Positions 1-10,932 of a stretch of 64,000 nt of DNA are shown piece after piece. The translations under genes and the position numbers were made by a program. A model generated the notes under the pieces. It had not been told where the DNA came from, made no database searches, and saw only the letters and a list, made by a program, of their open reading frames with translations. Origin of the DNA: Spirochaetaceae bacterium. Its GTDB lineage: Bacteria; Spirochaetota; Spirochaetia; DSM-2461. The number at the start of each line of letters is the position of its first letter. Position 1 is the stretch's first letter. Location: positions 64,001-128,000 of the forward strand of contig JAOPTT010000012.1 in the NCBI GenBank assembly GCA_051531975.1. The letters are read 5' to 3'.

Positions 1-1641
1 ACTGTAACTTTAAAAGATAAAACAAAAGAGGTAACTGTTAACTTAGAGCAGGGATTAAATATAAAAGAAGTTTTAATTGAGGGTTTAGAAGGAATTAGAC
101 TCTGGGATACAGAGAATCCAAATTTATATTCAGTAGGTATGTCTGTTAAAACTGATAATAGCTCTGATTATATTGAAGATAGAATAGGATTTAGAACCTG
201 TGACTTCAGAACAGATGGATTCTACTTAAATGGTGAAAAACTACAGATCATTGGAGTTAATAGACATCAATCATTTCCATATGTTGGTTATGCCGCTCCT
301 AAAAGGTCACAGATTAAAGATGCTGACATTATAAAAAACGAACTACACATGAATCTAGTTAGAACATCCCACTATCCACAATCTATTCATTTTTTAAATA
401 GATGTGATGAGTTAGGTCTACTTGTATTTGAGGAGATACCTGGTTGGCAACATATCGGTGATAATAAATGGCAAGAAGTAGCAATTAATAATGTAAAAGA
501 GATGATAGAGAGGGATTGGAACCACCCATCAGTAATTATATGGGGTGTTAGAATAAATGAATCTCCTGATAATGACTCATTTTATAGTAAAACAAACAAG
601 ATGGCTAAAGATCTAGATACTACCAGACAAACTGGTGGAGTTAGATGTATACCTGATAGTAACTTAATTGAAGATGTATATACAATGAACGACTTCGATC
701 TAAATAACCATAAAGAACATTTAAGAGGACAACAGACCGTAACTGGTTTAGATAAAAAAGTTCCATATTTAGTTACTGAGTATAATGGACATATGTTTCC
801 AACAAAAAGATCTGATTCAGAAGATAGGCAGATTGAACACGTTAATAGACACTTAGGTGTACAAAATGCTGCATTTGCAGATCCTGATATTTCCGGTGCT
901 ATTGGTTGGTGTATGTATGATTATAATACTCATAAAGATTTTGGTTCAGGTGACAGAATTTGTTATCACGGAATTATGGATATGTTTAGAATTCCAAAAA
1001 TTGCTGCAGATGTTTATAAGTCCCAGGTTGATCCAGCAGTTGAAGCTGTATTAAAACCAGTAACTTACTGGGCTCGAGGGGAGAGAAGTGTAGGGGGAAT
1101 TCTACCTTTAACTATTTTAACAAACTGCGACAGAGTAGAACTTACATATGGTAACCAAAAAACTTTTAATCTAACTAGAAATGGTAAAAACTATAACAGT
1201 CTACCTTATCCACCAATAGTTATTGATGAGACCATTGTTCCAACATCTGAAATAGGTGAATGGGGTATGAAGTGGGAAGATGGACTACTTAGAGGATTTG
1301 TTGGGGGAAAAATGGTTAAGGAAGTTAAACTTTGTAAAGATCCACTACCAACCAACATAGAAGTAATTTTAGATGATAAAGAACTAAATTCCGATGAGAA
1401 AGATTCAACAAGAGTAGTTGTTAAAGTTACAGACCAATATGGACAAATTTTACCATACTTTAATGAACCAGTTACAATTAAACTTACTGGTCCTGCTAGA
1501 CTATTAGGCCCAAGTGTAACTACATTAAAAGGTGGTGTATTAGGTTTTTGGGTAGAGACTAAGAATCTTATTGGTATAATTAGTATTAATATTTCTTGTT
1601 TAGATTTACCCACTCAGAATGTAAATATTGAAGTAATGTAA
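1..1641 (+). CDS. Glycoside hydrolase family 2 (beta-galactosidase-like), 5'-truncated by window edge
   Basis: Frame is open from base 1 (TVTLKDK...LWDTENPNLY) into the 139 ORF. GH2 motifs GVNRHQ, RTSHYP, WNHPSVIIWGVRINE (acid/base Glu) and VTEYNGH (nucleophile). Confidence 0.9.
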   Translation, partial: TVTLKDKTKEVTVNLEQGLNIKEVLIEGLEGIRLWDTENPNLYSVGMSVKTDNSSDYIEDRIGFRTCDFRTDGFYLNGEKLQIIGVNRHQSFPYVGYAAPKRSQIKDADIIKNELHMNLVRTSHYPQSIHFLNRCDELGLLVFEEIPGWQHIGDNKWQEVAINNVKEMIERDWNHPSVIIWGVRINESPDNDSFYSKTNKMAKDLDTTRQTGGVRCIPDSNLIEDVYTMNDFDLNNHKEHLRGQQTVTGLDKKVPYLVTEYNGHMFPTKRSDSEDRQIEHVNRHLGVQNAAFADPDISGAIGWCMYDYNTHKDFGSGDRICYHGIMDMFRIPKIAADVYKSQVDPAVEAVLKPVTYWARGERSVGGILPLTILTNCDRVELTYGNQKTFNLTRNGKNYNSLPYPPIVIDETIVPTSEIGEWGMKWEDGLLRGFVGGKMVKEVKLCKDPLPTNIEVILDDKELNSDEKDSTRVVVKVTDQYGQILPYFNEPVTIKLTGPARLLGPSVTTLKGGVLGFWVETKNLIGIISINISCLDLPTQNVNIEVM

Positions 1642-1693
1642 TAATTTTATTTTATTAAAGAATTATTTTATTTATAGTATATAATATTAAGTA

Positions 1694-4600
1694 ATGAAAA
1701 AGAAAAAACAATTGGGTATATCTCTTTCAACTATGCATTTAATTTTGACTTTGTCTCTATTGCTTATTGTATCGACAGTGATAGGACTATTATGGGTAAG
1801 AGATAAAAACAGACAATTTGAACAAGATATTATATATATTAGACAATCTTATATTGATGAGAAACAAGAGAAAATTAAAACTCAAGTTGATAATGCAGTT
1901 CAGTATATCGATTATCAGAAGACATTAATAGAAAGTAGATTAGAACGTGAACTAGTTGATAAAATTAACGAAGCCACTGACATTGCCCTAGGTTTATATA
2001 ATACTTTTAATGAGAAGCTTTCAGAAGTAATAATAAAAGAACTAATTATGGAAGCTCTAAGAACCTTAATATTTTTTGATGGAAGGGGTTATATTTATGT
2101 ATTTGAGATGGATGGTACCTCTGTTATGCACGGTGCAAAACCGGAAGTTGAAGGGACTAAAGCAATATATAATTTTAAAGATGTTGCAGGTAACTATCCA
2201 TTAAGAGATATTATTAAAAATTTAAAAGAAGGTGGAAATGGTTTTGTAAATTTTTACTTTTTTAGACCTAATAGCAGTGAACAAGAACCAAAACTTTCAT
2301 ATAACAAAATATTTAAACCATATAATTGGGTAATTGGTACTGGAGAATATAAGAGAGAGGTTGAAAGGGAAGTTCAGGAAGAGACTATTCGTAGACTTGA
2401 AGAAATACGTTACGATGAAGGTGGTTATCTCTTTATAAATAGTTCAGAAGGTATTTCTATTTCTCATCCTATATCTCCTAATTTAGAAGGCACTGATATT
2501 ACTTCTGTTGTTGATCCTACGGGTAAGAGTGTTTTTTCATCCTTATTAAGATCTTCAAAAAGTAATTCTCCGATATTTGTCGATTATATTTGGAGCTTAC
2601 CAGAAACCGGTAAAGATGAGCCTAAAACATCATATGCTAGATATATAGAAGAGTGGGATTGGGTTATTGGTTCTGGTCTATATATGCATAAAATTGACAG
2701 TATTGTTAATCAAAAAAGGGATGAATTACAAGACGAAATTAGAGAAAGTTTATATAGTATATTGCTTATAATATTATTCTCTTTATTTATAGGATTTCTG
2801 ATAATTAGATTTTATAACAATCATATTAATAAAAGTTTCGCCATTTTTTCTGATTTTTTTGATAAAGCAAGTAACGATTTTATAGAAATAGATTATGATA
2901 TTGTAAATTATAAAGAGTTTCAAAAACTGTCTATATTAGCTAATAATATGTTGATTTCAAGATTAGATGTATTAAATAAGTTAAAACAAAGTGAATCATT
3001 TTTTCAATCAATTATTGATTCTTCTCCAATTATATTTTTTGTCAAAGATGATAAAGGAAAATATATACAAGTTAATAAAGCCTATGAAAAATCTGCCGGA
3101 AGAGAAGTTAAAGATATCATAGGGTTTACTGATTCAGAGCTATACCCTATTGATAAGTATAAAAAATGGCAGGATATGGAAAGATTAACAAGGGAGTCTG
3201 GAAAAGAGATAAAATTTGAACTTACAGTTCCAAACCCTGATAAAGAGAGAACATTTATACAATTTTATAATTTAGTCGAAAACAAAGTAGAAGATAGAAT
3301 CGATACTGTTGGTTGGGCGATAGATGTCACCGATATGAAAGATACTGAGTTTATGTTAGAGCAAAGAGAAATAAGACTTAATGCTCTAGTATCAGCACTT
3401 CCTGATATGACATTTTTAAAAGATGAAAGCGGAGTATATTTAGAAGCCTTTTTAAGAGAAGATCAAATTAAAAAATCTGGAACTTTAGAAGGTCGTGGAA
3501 ATGTTATAGATCTTGTTGGAAAAAGTGTATACGACTTTTTTGATAAAAAGATTGCCGATAGATTTATTAATGCGATACAAGAATCAATAGAAAAAAATAA
3601 AATTGTTACCCTTGAGTACGAGCTTAGATCAACAATTGGACTACGCAGTTATGAAGCAAGAATTGCACCAACAGTTATCGACAGTGGAAAAAAGGCTGTT
3701 ATATGGTCTGCTAGAGATATAACGGAAATAAAGCAAATGACCGAAGAATTAGCTAGAGCGAAAGAAGAAGCAGAAGCTGCAACAAAAGCTAAAGGTGATT
3801 TTTTGGCAAATATGAGTCATGAAATTAGAACACCTATGAATGCTATAATTGGTCTGAATCATCTGTTATCTCGAACCGAGTTAAATGACAATCAGACTGA
3901 TTATGTTGAGAAAGTCACATCTTCAGCAAAAAGTCTTTTAGGAATCATTAATGATATTTTAGACTTCTCTAAAATTGAAGCTGGTAAAATGGATATCGAA
4001 AACATTGAGTTTGATATTAATGAAGTATTAGATAATTTAATAAATATGGTTGGTGATAAAGTTCAAGGAAAAGGATTAGAATTAATAATTGATATTGATA
4101 AAAGTGTCCCAGAAATTATAACTGGAGATCCATTAAGAATTAGTCAAATATTACTAAACTTTGTAAGTAACGCTATAAAATTTACAGAATCTGGTGAGAT
4201 TAAAATTAGATGTACATTAGATACCGATGACTCTTCTATTGTAAAGTTTTCTGTACAAGATAGTGGAATTGGACTTTCAAAAGATCAACAAAACAGACTT
4301 TTTAAAGCATTTTCTCAAGCAGATACATCCACTACACGTAAATTTGGAGGTACTGGATTAGGTTTATCAATTTCTAAACATCTAGCAGAACTTATGGGCG
4401 GCAGGGTCTCAGTAATGGGAGAAATTAATGTAGGTAGTACATTTATATTTACAATAAAAACAACCATAGTTGAAGATAATAGCAGTATGAAATTTGATAT
4501 CCCTGATCAGATAAAAAATCTTAATGTAATTATCGTTGATGATAGTGATACTGTAAGAGTTGTTATTTCAGAGTTGGTTTTAGGTTTTGATTATAGAATA

Positions 4601-5977
4601 ACTGCAGTTTCAAATGGTAAAGAGGCTCTTTTAAAACTTAATGAACATAAAGATTCAGATCCCTATGATCTAGTTTTAACAGATTATTTAATGCCAGATC
4701 TTAATGGAATAGAGTTGGCTTCAGAAGTAAAAAAGTTGCTTCTTGAAAACAGACCGCCTGTAATACTGTTTTCCGCATACAATATAGAACAAATACAAAA
4801 TGAATTTGATTTAACTTTTGTCGATCACGTTTTACAAAAACCACTTCGTAAGTATCTACTCTACAATGCAATATTAAGTGTCTTTCATATTTCTAATAGC
4901 GATAAAAGGATAGCCGTTTCTAGTAGTAGACAAGATAATAACTTTTTAGATTCTATACGTGGTGCATCAATTTTATTAGTTGAAGATAATGAAATAAACC
5001 AGCAAGTTGCTTCTGAACTTTTGCAGACTGAAGGGTTTTATGTTGATGTTGCAGAGAATGGTCAAGTTGGGTGTGATAAAGTTAACCAGAAAGAATATGA
5101 TATTGTATTAATGGATTTACAAATGCCTGTTATGGGTGGACTTGATGCCACTGAAATTATTAGGAAAGATTATGATAAAGATACTCTCCCAATTATTGCA
5201 ATGACAGCAGATGCAATGTCTGGTGTAGAAGAGAGAGTAAAAGTTGTTGGAATGAATGATTATGTTACTAAGCCGATTGATTTAGATAAACTATGGAGAG
5301 TTCTTGGTAAATGGGTAAAACCAAAACGTAGAGATCTACCATCAAATTATTATAAGAGAGTTGAAAATGAAAACAAAGACAGTGAAAAAACTATTCCAGA
5401 ACTTAAAAATATAGATACCACTGTTGGTCTGAGTAGAGTTGGTGGTAACAGTGTTCTTTATCTTAGATTATTAGGTACGTTCCGAGATGAGTATAATTCT
5501 TATACTGCAAACATTAAGTCCGCTATAAAAAGATCCGATTCAATATTAGCTCAGAGGTTAGCCCATACTATTAAAGGTGTTGCTGGTAATATAGGGGCTA
5601 CTTTAATGGAAATTGAAGCATTAAAAGTTGAAACAGCTATTAAAAACAGCGAAGATATTTCAGATTCATTAGACGATTTTGATACAGCTCTCACGTCTGT
5701 AATTACTGAACTTCATAGTAAATTAGTTAAAGAAACAAAAGTTGATAATTTAGATAAAAAGGTAATAGATATCATAGAATTAAAAAAGTTATGTTTAGAG
5801 TTCAAAGTACTGTTAGAAAATAAAAAACCTAAACCAATAAATAACTTATTAGAAACAATAAAAAGCTATGAATTAGGCGATTTGGAAGATAACTTTAACT
5901 TGATATCGGCAAGCTTAAAAAAATATAATTTTAAAGGTGCCCTGAAAAACTTAGAAACTATCTTAGAAAATCTTTAA
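1694..5977 (+). CDS. Membrane hybrid histidine kinase: two tandem Cache-like domains, 2 PAS, HisKA/HATPase, 2 REC, HPt
   Basis: Two TM segments flank repeated GYxF...K.SY...(Y/W)xWVIG(T/S)G units. FLANMSHEIRTPMNAI, NAIKFT, GGTGLGL; REC domains LTDYLMP and LMDLQMP; HPt LAHTIKGVAGNIG. Confidence 0.93.
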   Translation: MKKKKQLGISLSTMHLILTLSLLLIVSTVIGLLWVRDKNRQFEQDIIYIRQSYIDEKQEKIKTQVDNAVQYIDYQKTLIESRLERELVDKINEATDIALGLYNTFNEKLSEVIIKELIMEALRTLIFFDGRGYIYVFEMDGTSVMHGAKPEVEGTKAIYNFKDVAGNYPLRDIIKNLKEGGNGFVNFYFFRPNSSEQEPKLSYNKIFKPYNWVIGTGEYKREVEREVQEETIRRLEEIRYDEGGYLFINSSEGISISHPISPNLEGTDITSVVDPTGKSVFSSLLRSSKSNSPIFVDYIWSLPETGKDEPKTSYARYIEEWDWVIGSGLYMHKIDSIVNQKRDELQDEIRESLYSILLIILFSLFIGFLIIRFYNNHINKSFAIFSDFFDKASNDFIEIDYDIVNYKEFQKLSILANNMLISRLDVLNKLKQSESFFQSIIDSSPIIFFVKDDKGKYIQVNKAYEKSAGREVKDIIGFTDSELYPIDKYKKWQDMERLTRESGKEIKFELTVPNPDKERTFIQFYNLVENKVEDRIDTVGWAIDVTDMKDTEFMLEQREIRLNALVSALPDMTFLKDESGVYLEAFLREDQIKKSGTLEGRGNVIDLVGKSVYDFFDKKIADRFINAIQESIEKNKIVTLEYELRSTIGLRSYEARIAPTVIDSGKKAVIWSARDITEIKQMTEELARAKEEAEAATKAKGDFLANMSHEIRTPMNAIIGLNHLLSRTELNDNQTDYVEKVTSSAKSLLGIINDILDFSKIEAGKMDIENIEFDINEVLDNLINMVGDKVQGKGLELIIDIDKSVPEIITGDPLRISQILLNFVSNAIKFTESGEIKIRCTLDTDDSSIVKFSVQDSGIGLSKDQQNRLFKAFSQADTSTTRKFGGTGLGLSISKHLAELMGGRVSVMGEINVGSTFIFTIKTTIVEDNSSMKFDIPDQIKNLNVIIVDDSDTVRVVISELVLGFDYRITAVSNGKEALLKLNEHKDSDPYDLVLTDYLMPDLNGIELASEVKKLLLENRPPVILFSAYNIEQIQNEFDLTFVDHVLQKPLRKYLLYNAILSVFHISNSDKRIAVSSSRQDNNFLDSIRGASILLVEDNEINQQVASELLQTEGFYVDVAENGQVGCDKVNQKEYDIVLMDLQMPVMGGLDATEIIRKDYDKDTLPIIAMTADAMSGVEERVKVVGMNDYVTKPIDLDKLWRVLGKWVKPKRRDLPSNYYKRVENENKDSEKTIPELKNIDTTVGLSRVGGNSVLYLRLLGTFRDEYNSYTANIKSAIKRSDSILAQRLAHTIKGVAGNIGATLMEIEALKVETAIKNSEDISDSLDDFDTALTSVITELHSKLVKETKVDNLDKKVIDIIELKKLCLEFKVLLENKKPKPINNLLETIKSYELGDLEDNFNLISASLKKYNFKGALKNLETILENL

Positions 5978-6653
5978 ATAGCCTAACTATTTGAATGTGT
6001 TGCTGTTCTCTTGTTATTTTTGGTATTTTGTCACCTTGTTGTTCTCCATATGAACCAAATTGTGCGTGATTTCCACCATCAATAATTTCAAATATTGTAG
6101 CTACAGGTAAATTATCTGCTGATTCCACTATTTTATCTTTTGTTACTAATCCATCTTCAGAAGCATTTATAGAAAGAACATTTATATCTATATCATTTAT
6201 TGGCTTTTTGTCCATTGGGTAAGATGCCATTAAAATTAAGTTATTAAATATTTTAGGGTTTTCAAATACAAAAGATGATGCAATAACTCCTCCTAATGAG
6301 TGTCCACCAATACTCCATCTGTCTATATAATTATATTTCTTTAATATCTTATATGCTCTGTTTTGGCCCATTATAGCTAAATTAAATGGCATTTTGGATA
6401 TAAACACAGCGATGTTTAGTTCTTTAGAAATCCGTACCAATAATGGAAGGTAAGCTTCAGGATCTACCAAGCCACCAGGGTAAAAAATAAAAGCTTCACT
6501 CATATCATAACACTTTGGAATTATTGAATAAAATGAGCCTTCTTTTTTTATAATAATTTCTTTTGATAAACTGTTTTCATTAAAATCTGGTCTAGATGAA
6601 CAGCCAAATAGAATAATAGTCATAAGTATAAAATTAATATATTTTTTAATCAT
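5958..6653 (-). CDS. Alpha/beta hydrolase lipoprotein
   Basis: Lipobox ILFGC; FYPGG oxyanion loop; GHSLG nucleophile elbow; EDG and GNHAQFG catalytic Asp/His. Confidence 0.85.
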   Translation of the reverse strand: MIKKYINFILMTIILFGCSSRPDFNENSLSKEIIIKKEGSFYSIIPKCYDMSEAFIFYPGGLVDPEAYLPLLVRISKELNIAVFISKMPFNLAIMGQNRAYKILKKYNYIDRWSIGGHSLGGVIASSFVFENPKIFNNLILMASYPMDKKPINDIDINVLSINASEDGLVTKDKIVESADNLPVATIFEIIDGGNHAQFGSYGEQQGDKIPKITREQQHIQIVRLFKDFLR

Positions 6654-6719
6654 TTAGTATTATATAAAATATCCCCTATATAAAATAGATAGTCTCCTAT
6701 AAAAATAGGGGATTAAATA

Positions 6720-7214
6720 TCATAGTTCTTCAACTAATTGAACGACCCAATCTTTAACTCTCTGATCAGTTTTATTTGCCTGATTTTCATCATCTAATAC
6801 TAAACCAACAAATTGATTACCTCTCGCAGACTCTGATTTATTAAAAATATAACCATCTGTAGATGTTCGACCAATGAGCTTTGCGCCACCATTCTCTGCC
6901 GCATTGTATAGATAATTTAAACTACCAGCAAATGAGTCTGGATAACTCTCTTGGTCTCCTGTTCCAAATATTGCAACAGTTTTTCCAGCAAGATTTAGTT
7001 CTGATAATGCTCCAATTTTATCTTCCCATTCATCTTGTAAATCTCCATGTCCTGCAGTTGATGTTCCTAATATTAATAACTCATAGTCTTTAATATCTGA
7101 TACGTTAACGTCACAAACATCCATTAAATCTGCCTCTTTAAAGCTATGTGCTATAACTTCAGCACTCTCTTTAGCATTCCCTGTAGTTGATCCATATATA
7201 ATTATAGTTTTCAC
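6720..7214 (-). CDS. fldA: Long-chain flavodoxin
   Basis: YGSTTGN FMN loop, GTSTAGHG, FGTGDQESY, FVGLVLDDENQ; GTG start with an AAGGAG SD. Confidence 0.92.
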   Translation of the reverse strand: MKTIIIYGSTTGNAKESAEVIAHSFKEADLMDVCDVNVSDIKDYELLILGTSTAGHGDLQDEWEDKIGALSELNLAGKTVAIFGTGDQESYPDSFAGSLNYLYNAAENGGAKLIGRTSTDGYIFNKSESARGNQFVGLVLDDENQANKTDQRVKDWVVQLVEEL

Positions 7215-7229
7215 AACAAACTCCTTATT

Positions 7230-7270
7230 AGTAATAATTACTATTATAACCTGGGATATTCATAAGTCAA
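7230..7270 (-). promoter_or_regulatory. sigma70-type promoter of flavodoxin overlapped by a Fur-box-like sequence
   Basis: Minus strand TTGACT (7270-7265), 16 bp, TATAAT (7248-7243). TATAATAGTAATTATTACT resembles the Fur box GATAATGATAATCATTATC (13/19 by eye). Confidence 0.5.
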
Positions 7271-7323
7271 TAAGATATTAGCAAAAAAGAAAATATAGTG
7301 TTATTATTTCTTAGGAGTTAGTA

Positions 7324-7785
7324 ATGGATAATATATTAATTAAAGAATTATATGAACAAGAAGAACTATTACAATTTAAATCTTTTGGATCTATTGATGC
7401 ATGGGAAATAGGGCAGATGTTAGTTAAAAAAGGTTCTAAAGGTAATAATATAACAATAGATATTACAAAAAATAGACAGCAACTATTTCACTATAGTTTT
7501 GATAAAACTTCAGCAGACAATGATATGTGGGTAAGAAGAAAAACTAATGTAGTATATCGTTTTTCACATAGTTCATTTTTAGTAGGCCAGGAGTTAAAAC
7601 TTAAAAACAAAACAATAGAAGAAGCATATCTTATTCCAGAGTCAGAGTTTGGTGCTCATGGGGGTTGTTTTCCAATTATTATAAAGGATACAGGAGTCAT
7701 AGGCACAATAACTGTATCTGGTTTGGCACAAGCAGAAGATCATCAGTTAGTAGTTGATGTATTAAAAGAATATTTAGGAGTCTAA
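7324..7785 (+). CDS. UPF0303 / GlcG-HbpS-like haem-degrading-domain protein
   Basis: DNDMWVRRKTNVV, HSS, AHGGCFPI and TVSGLAQAEDH motifs. Confidence 0.82.
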   Translation: MDNILIKELYEQEELLQFKSFGSIDAWEIGQMLVKKGSKGNNITIDITKNRQQLFHYSFDKTSADNDMWVRRKTNVVYRFSHSSFLVGQELKLKNKTIEEAYLIPESEFGAHGGCFPIIIKDTGVIGTITVSGLAQAEDHQLVVDVLKEYLGV

Positions 7786-7786
7786 T

Positions 7787-9004
7787 TTGAATAATAAAAT
7801 AGAAAAGTACGCAGATCTTATTGTTAAAATAGGACTAAATATACAAAAAGGGCAGAACTTAATAATTACTACCCCTATCGAATGTGCAGATTTTGCCCGG
7901 ATAGTGATGCAAAAAGCCTACGAGGTTGGTGCTAGAGAAGTTTTTGTAAAGTGGATCGACGAACTATCTAATAAAATTAGATATCAAATGGCTTCCGATG
8001 AGGTTTTTGATGTATTTAATAGCTGGGATATTGATTTTTTAAATAAAACAGTAGATAAAGACTCTGCCTATCTTATGATTTCAGCTTCTGATCCTGAATT
8101 AATGAAAGACATTGACCCTAAAAAAATATCTAGACAAAATAAAGCTCAGTCATTAGCAATTAAATATTATAGATCAAAACTAATGGGTAATGAGAATGTT
8201 TGGTGTGTCGCATCAATACCAACCGTATCTTGGGCTAATAAAGTTTTCCCAGAGGATTCTAATGCTTTAAATAAGTTGTGGGATGCAATATTTACTGCAG
8301 TCCGTGTAGACCAACCAGATCCTGTTGCAGCCTGGAAAAAGCACCAAGACAATTTAAATAAAAGATTAGACTTTTTAAATAGTAACAATTTTTCAAAACT
8401 TCGATATAAAAATAGTATAGGAACAGATGTTATTGTTGAACTTCCTAAAAATCATTTATGGTTTGGTGGAGGGGATAAAACTACAAAAGGACAAGACTTT
8501 ATTGCAAATATGCCAACTGAAGAAGTTTTTACTATGCCTAAACATGATGCTGTTAATGGTAGAATTGTAAGCTCTATTCCACTTAATTTTAATGGTAATT
8601 TAATTGAAGACTTTTCATTTACTTTTAAAGATGGTGTTGTTATCGATTACGATGCAAAAAATGGTAAAGAGACTTTAACTGAGTTATTAAATACCGATTC
8701 TGGAGCCAAAAGGTTAGGTGAAGTTGCTTTAGTTCCCTATGATTCTCCAATATCAAACCAAAAAATTCTTTTCTTTAATACTCTATTTGATGAAAATGCA
8801 TCTTGTCATTTTGCCCTAGGAGAAGCATACCCAATATGTGTAAAAGGTGGAGAGTTTATGTCTCCAGAAGACTTACTAGCTGCTGGAGCTAATAAATCTC
8901 TAGTACATGTTGATTTTATGGTAGGTACCAAGGATTTAGAAGTTATTGGAATAAAAGCAGATGGCACACAAGTTCCTGTTTTTGTTAATGGAAACTTTGT
9001 CTGA
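7787..9004 (+). CDS. M29 family aminopeptidase (AmpS/PepS-like)
   Basis: ANMPTEEVF, LGEVALV, TLFDENASCHFALG, NKSLVHVDFM; TTG start with an AGGAG SD. Confidence 0.92.
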   Translation: MNNKIEKYADLIVKIGLNIQKGQNLIITTPIECADFARIVMQKAYEVGAREVFVKWIDELSNKIRYQMASDEVFDVFNSWDIDFLNKTVDKDSAYLMISASDPELMKDIDPKKISRQNKAQSLAIKYYRSKLMGNENVWCVASIPTVSWANKVFPEDSNALNKLWDAIFTAVRVDQPDPVAAWKKHQDNLNKRLDFLNSNNFSKLRYKNSIGTDVIVELPKNHLWFGGGDKTTKGQDFIANMPTEEVFTMPKHDAVNGRIVSSIPLNFNGNLIEDFSFTFKDGVVIDYDAKNGKETLTELLNTDSGAKRLGEVALVPYDSPISNQKILFFNTLFDENASCHFALGEAYPICVKGGEFMSPEDLLAAGANKSLVHVDFMVGTKDLEVIGIKADGTQVPVFVNGNFV

Positions 9005-9024
9005 TTTTATTAAATGAGACCCTA

Positions 9025-10932
9025 TTATGGGGTCTCTATACCTCTCTCTTTTAATTCTTCTATAAAGTTTAAATATTCAGGTGTCTCTTTATCTTCTATT
9101 ATATTAAATACTTCCTGCATTACTGGAACCATTTTATTATAATCATAACTTGTAATGTCATATCCTTGATCAATTACATATAAAAGTAATTTATAATTTA
9201 CATTGTATGCTAAGTTACTTAAGTAACTAAAGTTATTAAATCCTGGAAGTTCCATTGTAAAACCTCTATCTATTAATATTTTAGCAGCCCATGCAAAGTT
9301 TGGATCTGATCCAGTATGATATAATATATGGTTTCCTTTTTCATTTCTATATTCCATATTGGAAGATTTATTTAATAATAACTTAAACTCCTCCTGCCTA
9401 TTAGCCTTTAATAACATCATCAGAGAGGTAAAAGCATCTCGTTCATTTATAGTTTTATCCTCTATATAATTTAAAACATTTAATCCTATATCTTGATCAT
9501 TATTTCTTAGTGCTCCCCAGAATGTAGGGTTTTCATTATTGTATATTCCAATTGTAGGATTTGCGTTATGTTTTAGAAGTAAATCAACGATTACTCTATT
9601 TTGATCAGATATTGCAGTTGCAAGAGGTACTCCATATATATCGTTTTCAAAATTTGGATCTGCTCCATTTTCTAATAATATTTTTACAATGGAACTATAT
9701 TTTTTTTCTGTAGCAATATGTAGTGCAGTCTCTTTGTTCCCTGTATTTTGTAAGTTAGGGTCAAAACCAGAATCCAGTAGTAGTTTTACAGACTTTATAT
9801 TACCACTGTTAGCAGCTTCATATACAAAACAAGTTCCAGTCTGCATTTGTATATCATTTATTTCGTCTCTACGGTTTTCTAATAGTTTTTTGATACTCCC
9901 AATATCCCTCTGTCTTATTGCTGAAAATAGTTCAAAACTATACCGAGATTTACTTATATAACTCTGGCTTTTACGGTTTTGGTCAAACAGAGATGCTATT
10001 ACTGGATCAACTTCTATATTTTTTGGTAACTTCGGAGGTTTCACACTGCTTCTAAATAGATTGTCATTTGTAGTTATTTTTTTATCTTTTAGAATATCTG
10101 ATATTTCTCTTAATCTATTCCAATCAGATTTACTCCAGGAATAGTTATTAATTAGATTTAAAACAGCCATAGATCTATTACTTATATTTTCTTCCATTCG
10201 TAAACTTTTATACCAAAGCATAGTTAAACCAGCGACATAACTAGAACCAAAATCTAACCAGTTAGAATCAAAATTTGACATTTCTGTTGCTATATCTTCA
10301 AGGATACTAAAGGCTTCATATTCTGTAATAAAGTCCATTGCATAACCCCAACGAACCATTATGGAGAGTCTTTCCAACTCAAATAGGTGTATGTCCATAA
10401 AAGATGTATAATCAGCTCTATTTATCAAATATACAATTTTAAGATAGTCATCTAATGTAATAATTCCATTGTCTATTTCTTCCTGCCAGGTATCTTGTTC
10501 TAAAAGTAGATCCTTGTCATGTAAGTATTCTGGTTTTAATAGTAAGATATTTAATATCCCAATATACCTTGATCTCATTCCACTTATATAAAGTCTATTA
10601 ATTCTAATTAAATAATCTTCTCTATTTTTTACACTCCAAAATGAATCTAAAATCTCAGTTGCGTCCTCTTTAGCTTTAACTGGAGAGTTCTTGGTGTTAA
10701 GAGAGCTATAATTATAATTGTTAAAAAGAGATATAATATCTGAACCTTCTAGTGCAAATTGCCTAAACTCTTTTAGAAGTTCATCATCTTCTTTTGTTAA
10801 TATTCTATTTTTTTTAGTTTCAGTTGTTATAGTTAATACATCAAGATCCAATATTTCCTGATCTGTTAAATTCTCTGTAGTTAAGCAGCTTGATAATAAA
10901 ACTGAAAGTAGTATTACTATATATCTTTTCAT
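9025..10932 (-). CDS. Lipoprotein with DUF1266-like N-terminal domain and ankyrin repeats
   Basis: Lipobox LLSSC. DUF1266-like ERLSIMVRWGYAMDFITEYEAF...SNWLDFGSSYVAG. Ankyrin repeats ETALHIA...IVKILLENGADPN. Confidence 0.75.
   Translation of the reverse strand: MKRYIVILLSVLLSSCLTTENLTDQEILDLDVLTITTETKKNRILTKEDDELLKEFRQFALEGSDIISLFNNYNYSSLNTKNSPVKAKEDATEILDSFWSVKNREDYLIRINRLYISGMRSRYIGILNILLLKPEYLHDKDLLLEQDTWQEEIDNGIITLDDYLKIVYLINRADYTSFMDIHLFELERLSIMVRWGYAMDFITEYEAFSILEDIATEMSNFDSNWLDFGSSYVAGLTMLWYKSLRMEENISNRSMAVLNLINNYSWSKSDWNRLREISDILKDKKITTNDNLFRSSVKPPKLPKNIEVDPVIASLFDQNRKSQSYISKSRYSFELFSAIRQRDIGSIKKLLENRRDEINDIQMQTGTCFVYEAANSGNIKSVKLLLDSGFDPNLQNTGNKETALHIATEKKYSSIVKILLENGADPNFENDIYGVPLATAISDQNRVIVDLLLKHNANPTIGIYNNENPTFWGALRNNDQDIGLNVLNYIEDKTINERDAFTSLMMLLKANRQEEFKLLLNKSSNMEYRNEKGNHILYHTGSDPNFAWAAKILIDRGFTMELPGFNNFSYLSNLAYNVNYKLLLYVIDQGYDITSYDYNKMVPVMQEVFNIIEDKETPEYLNFIEELKERGIETP

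Noticed and set aside
6671..6713. ATCCCCTAT...ATAGGGGAT inverted repeat after flavodoxin
   Set aside because: Long loop and weak T tract; possibly a terminator but too uncertain to call.
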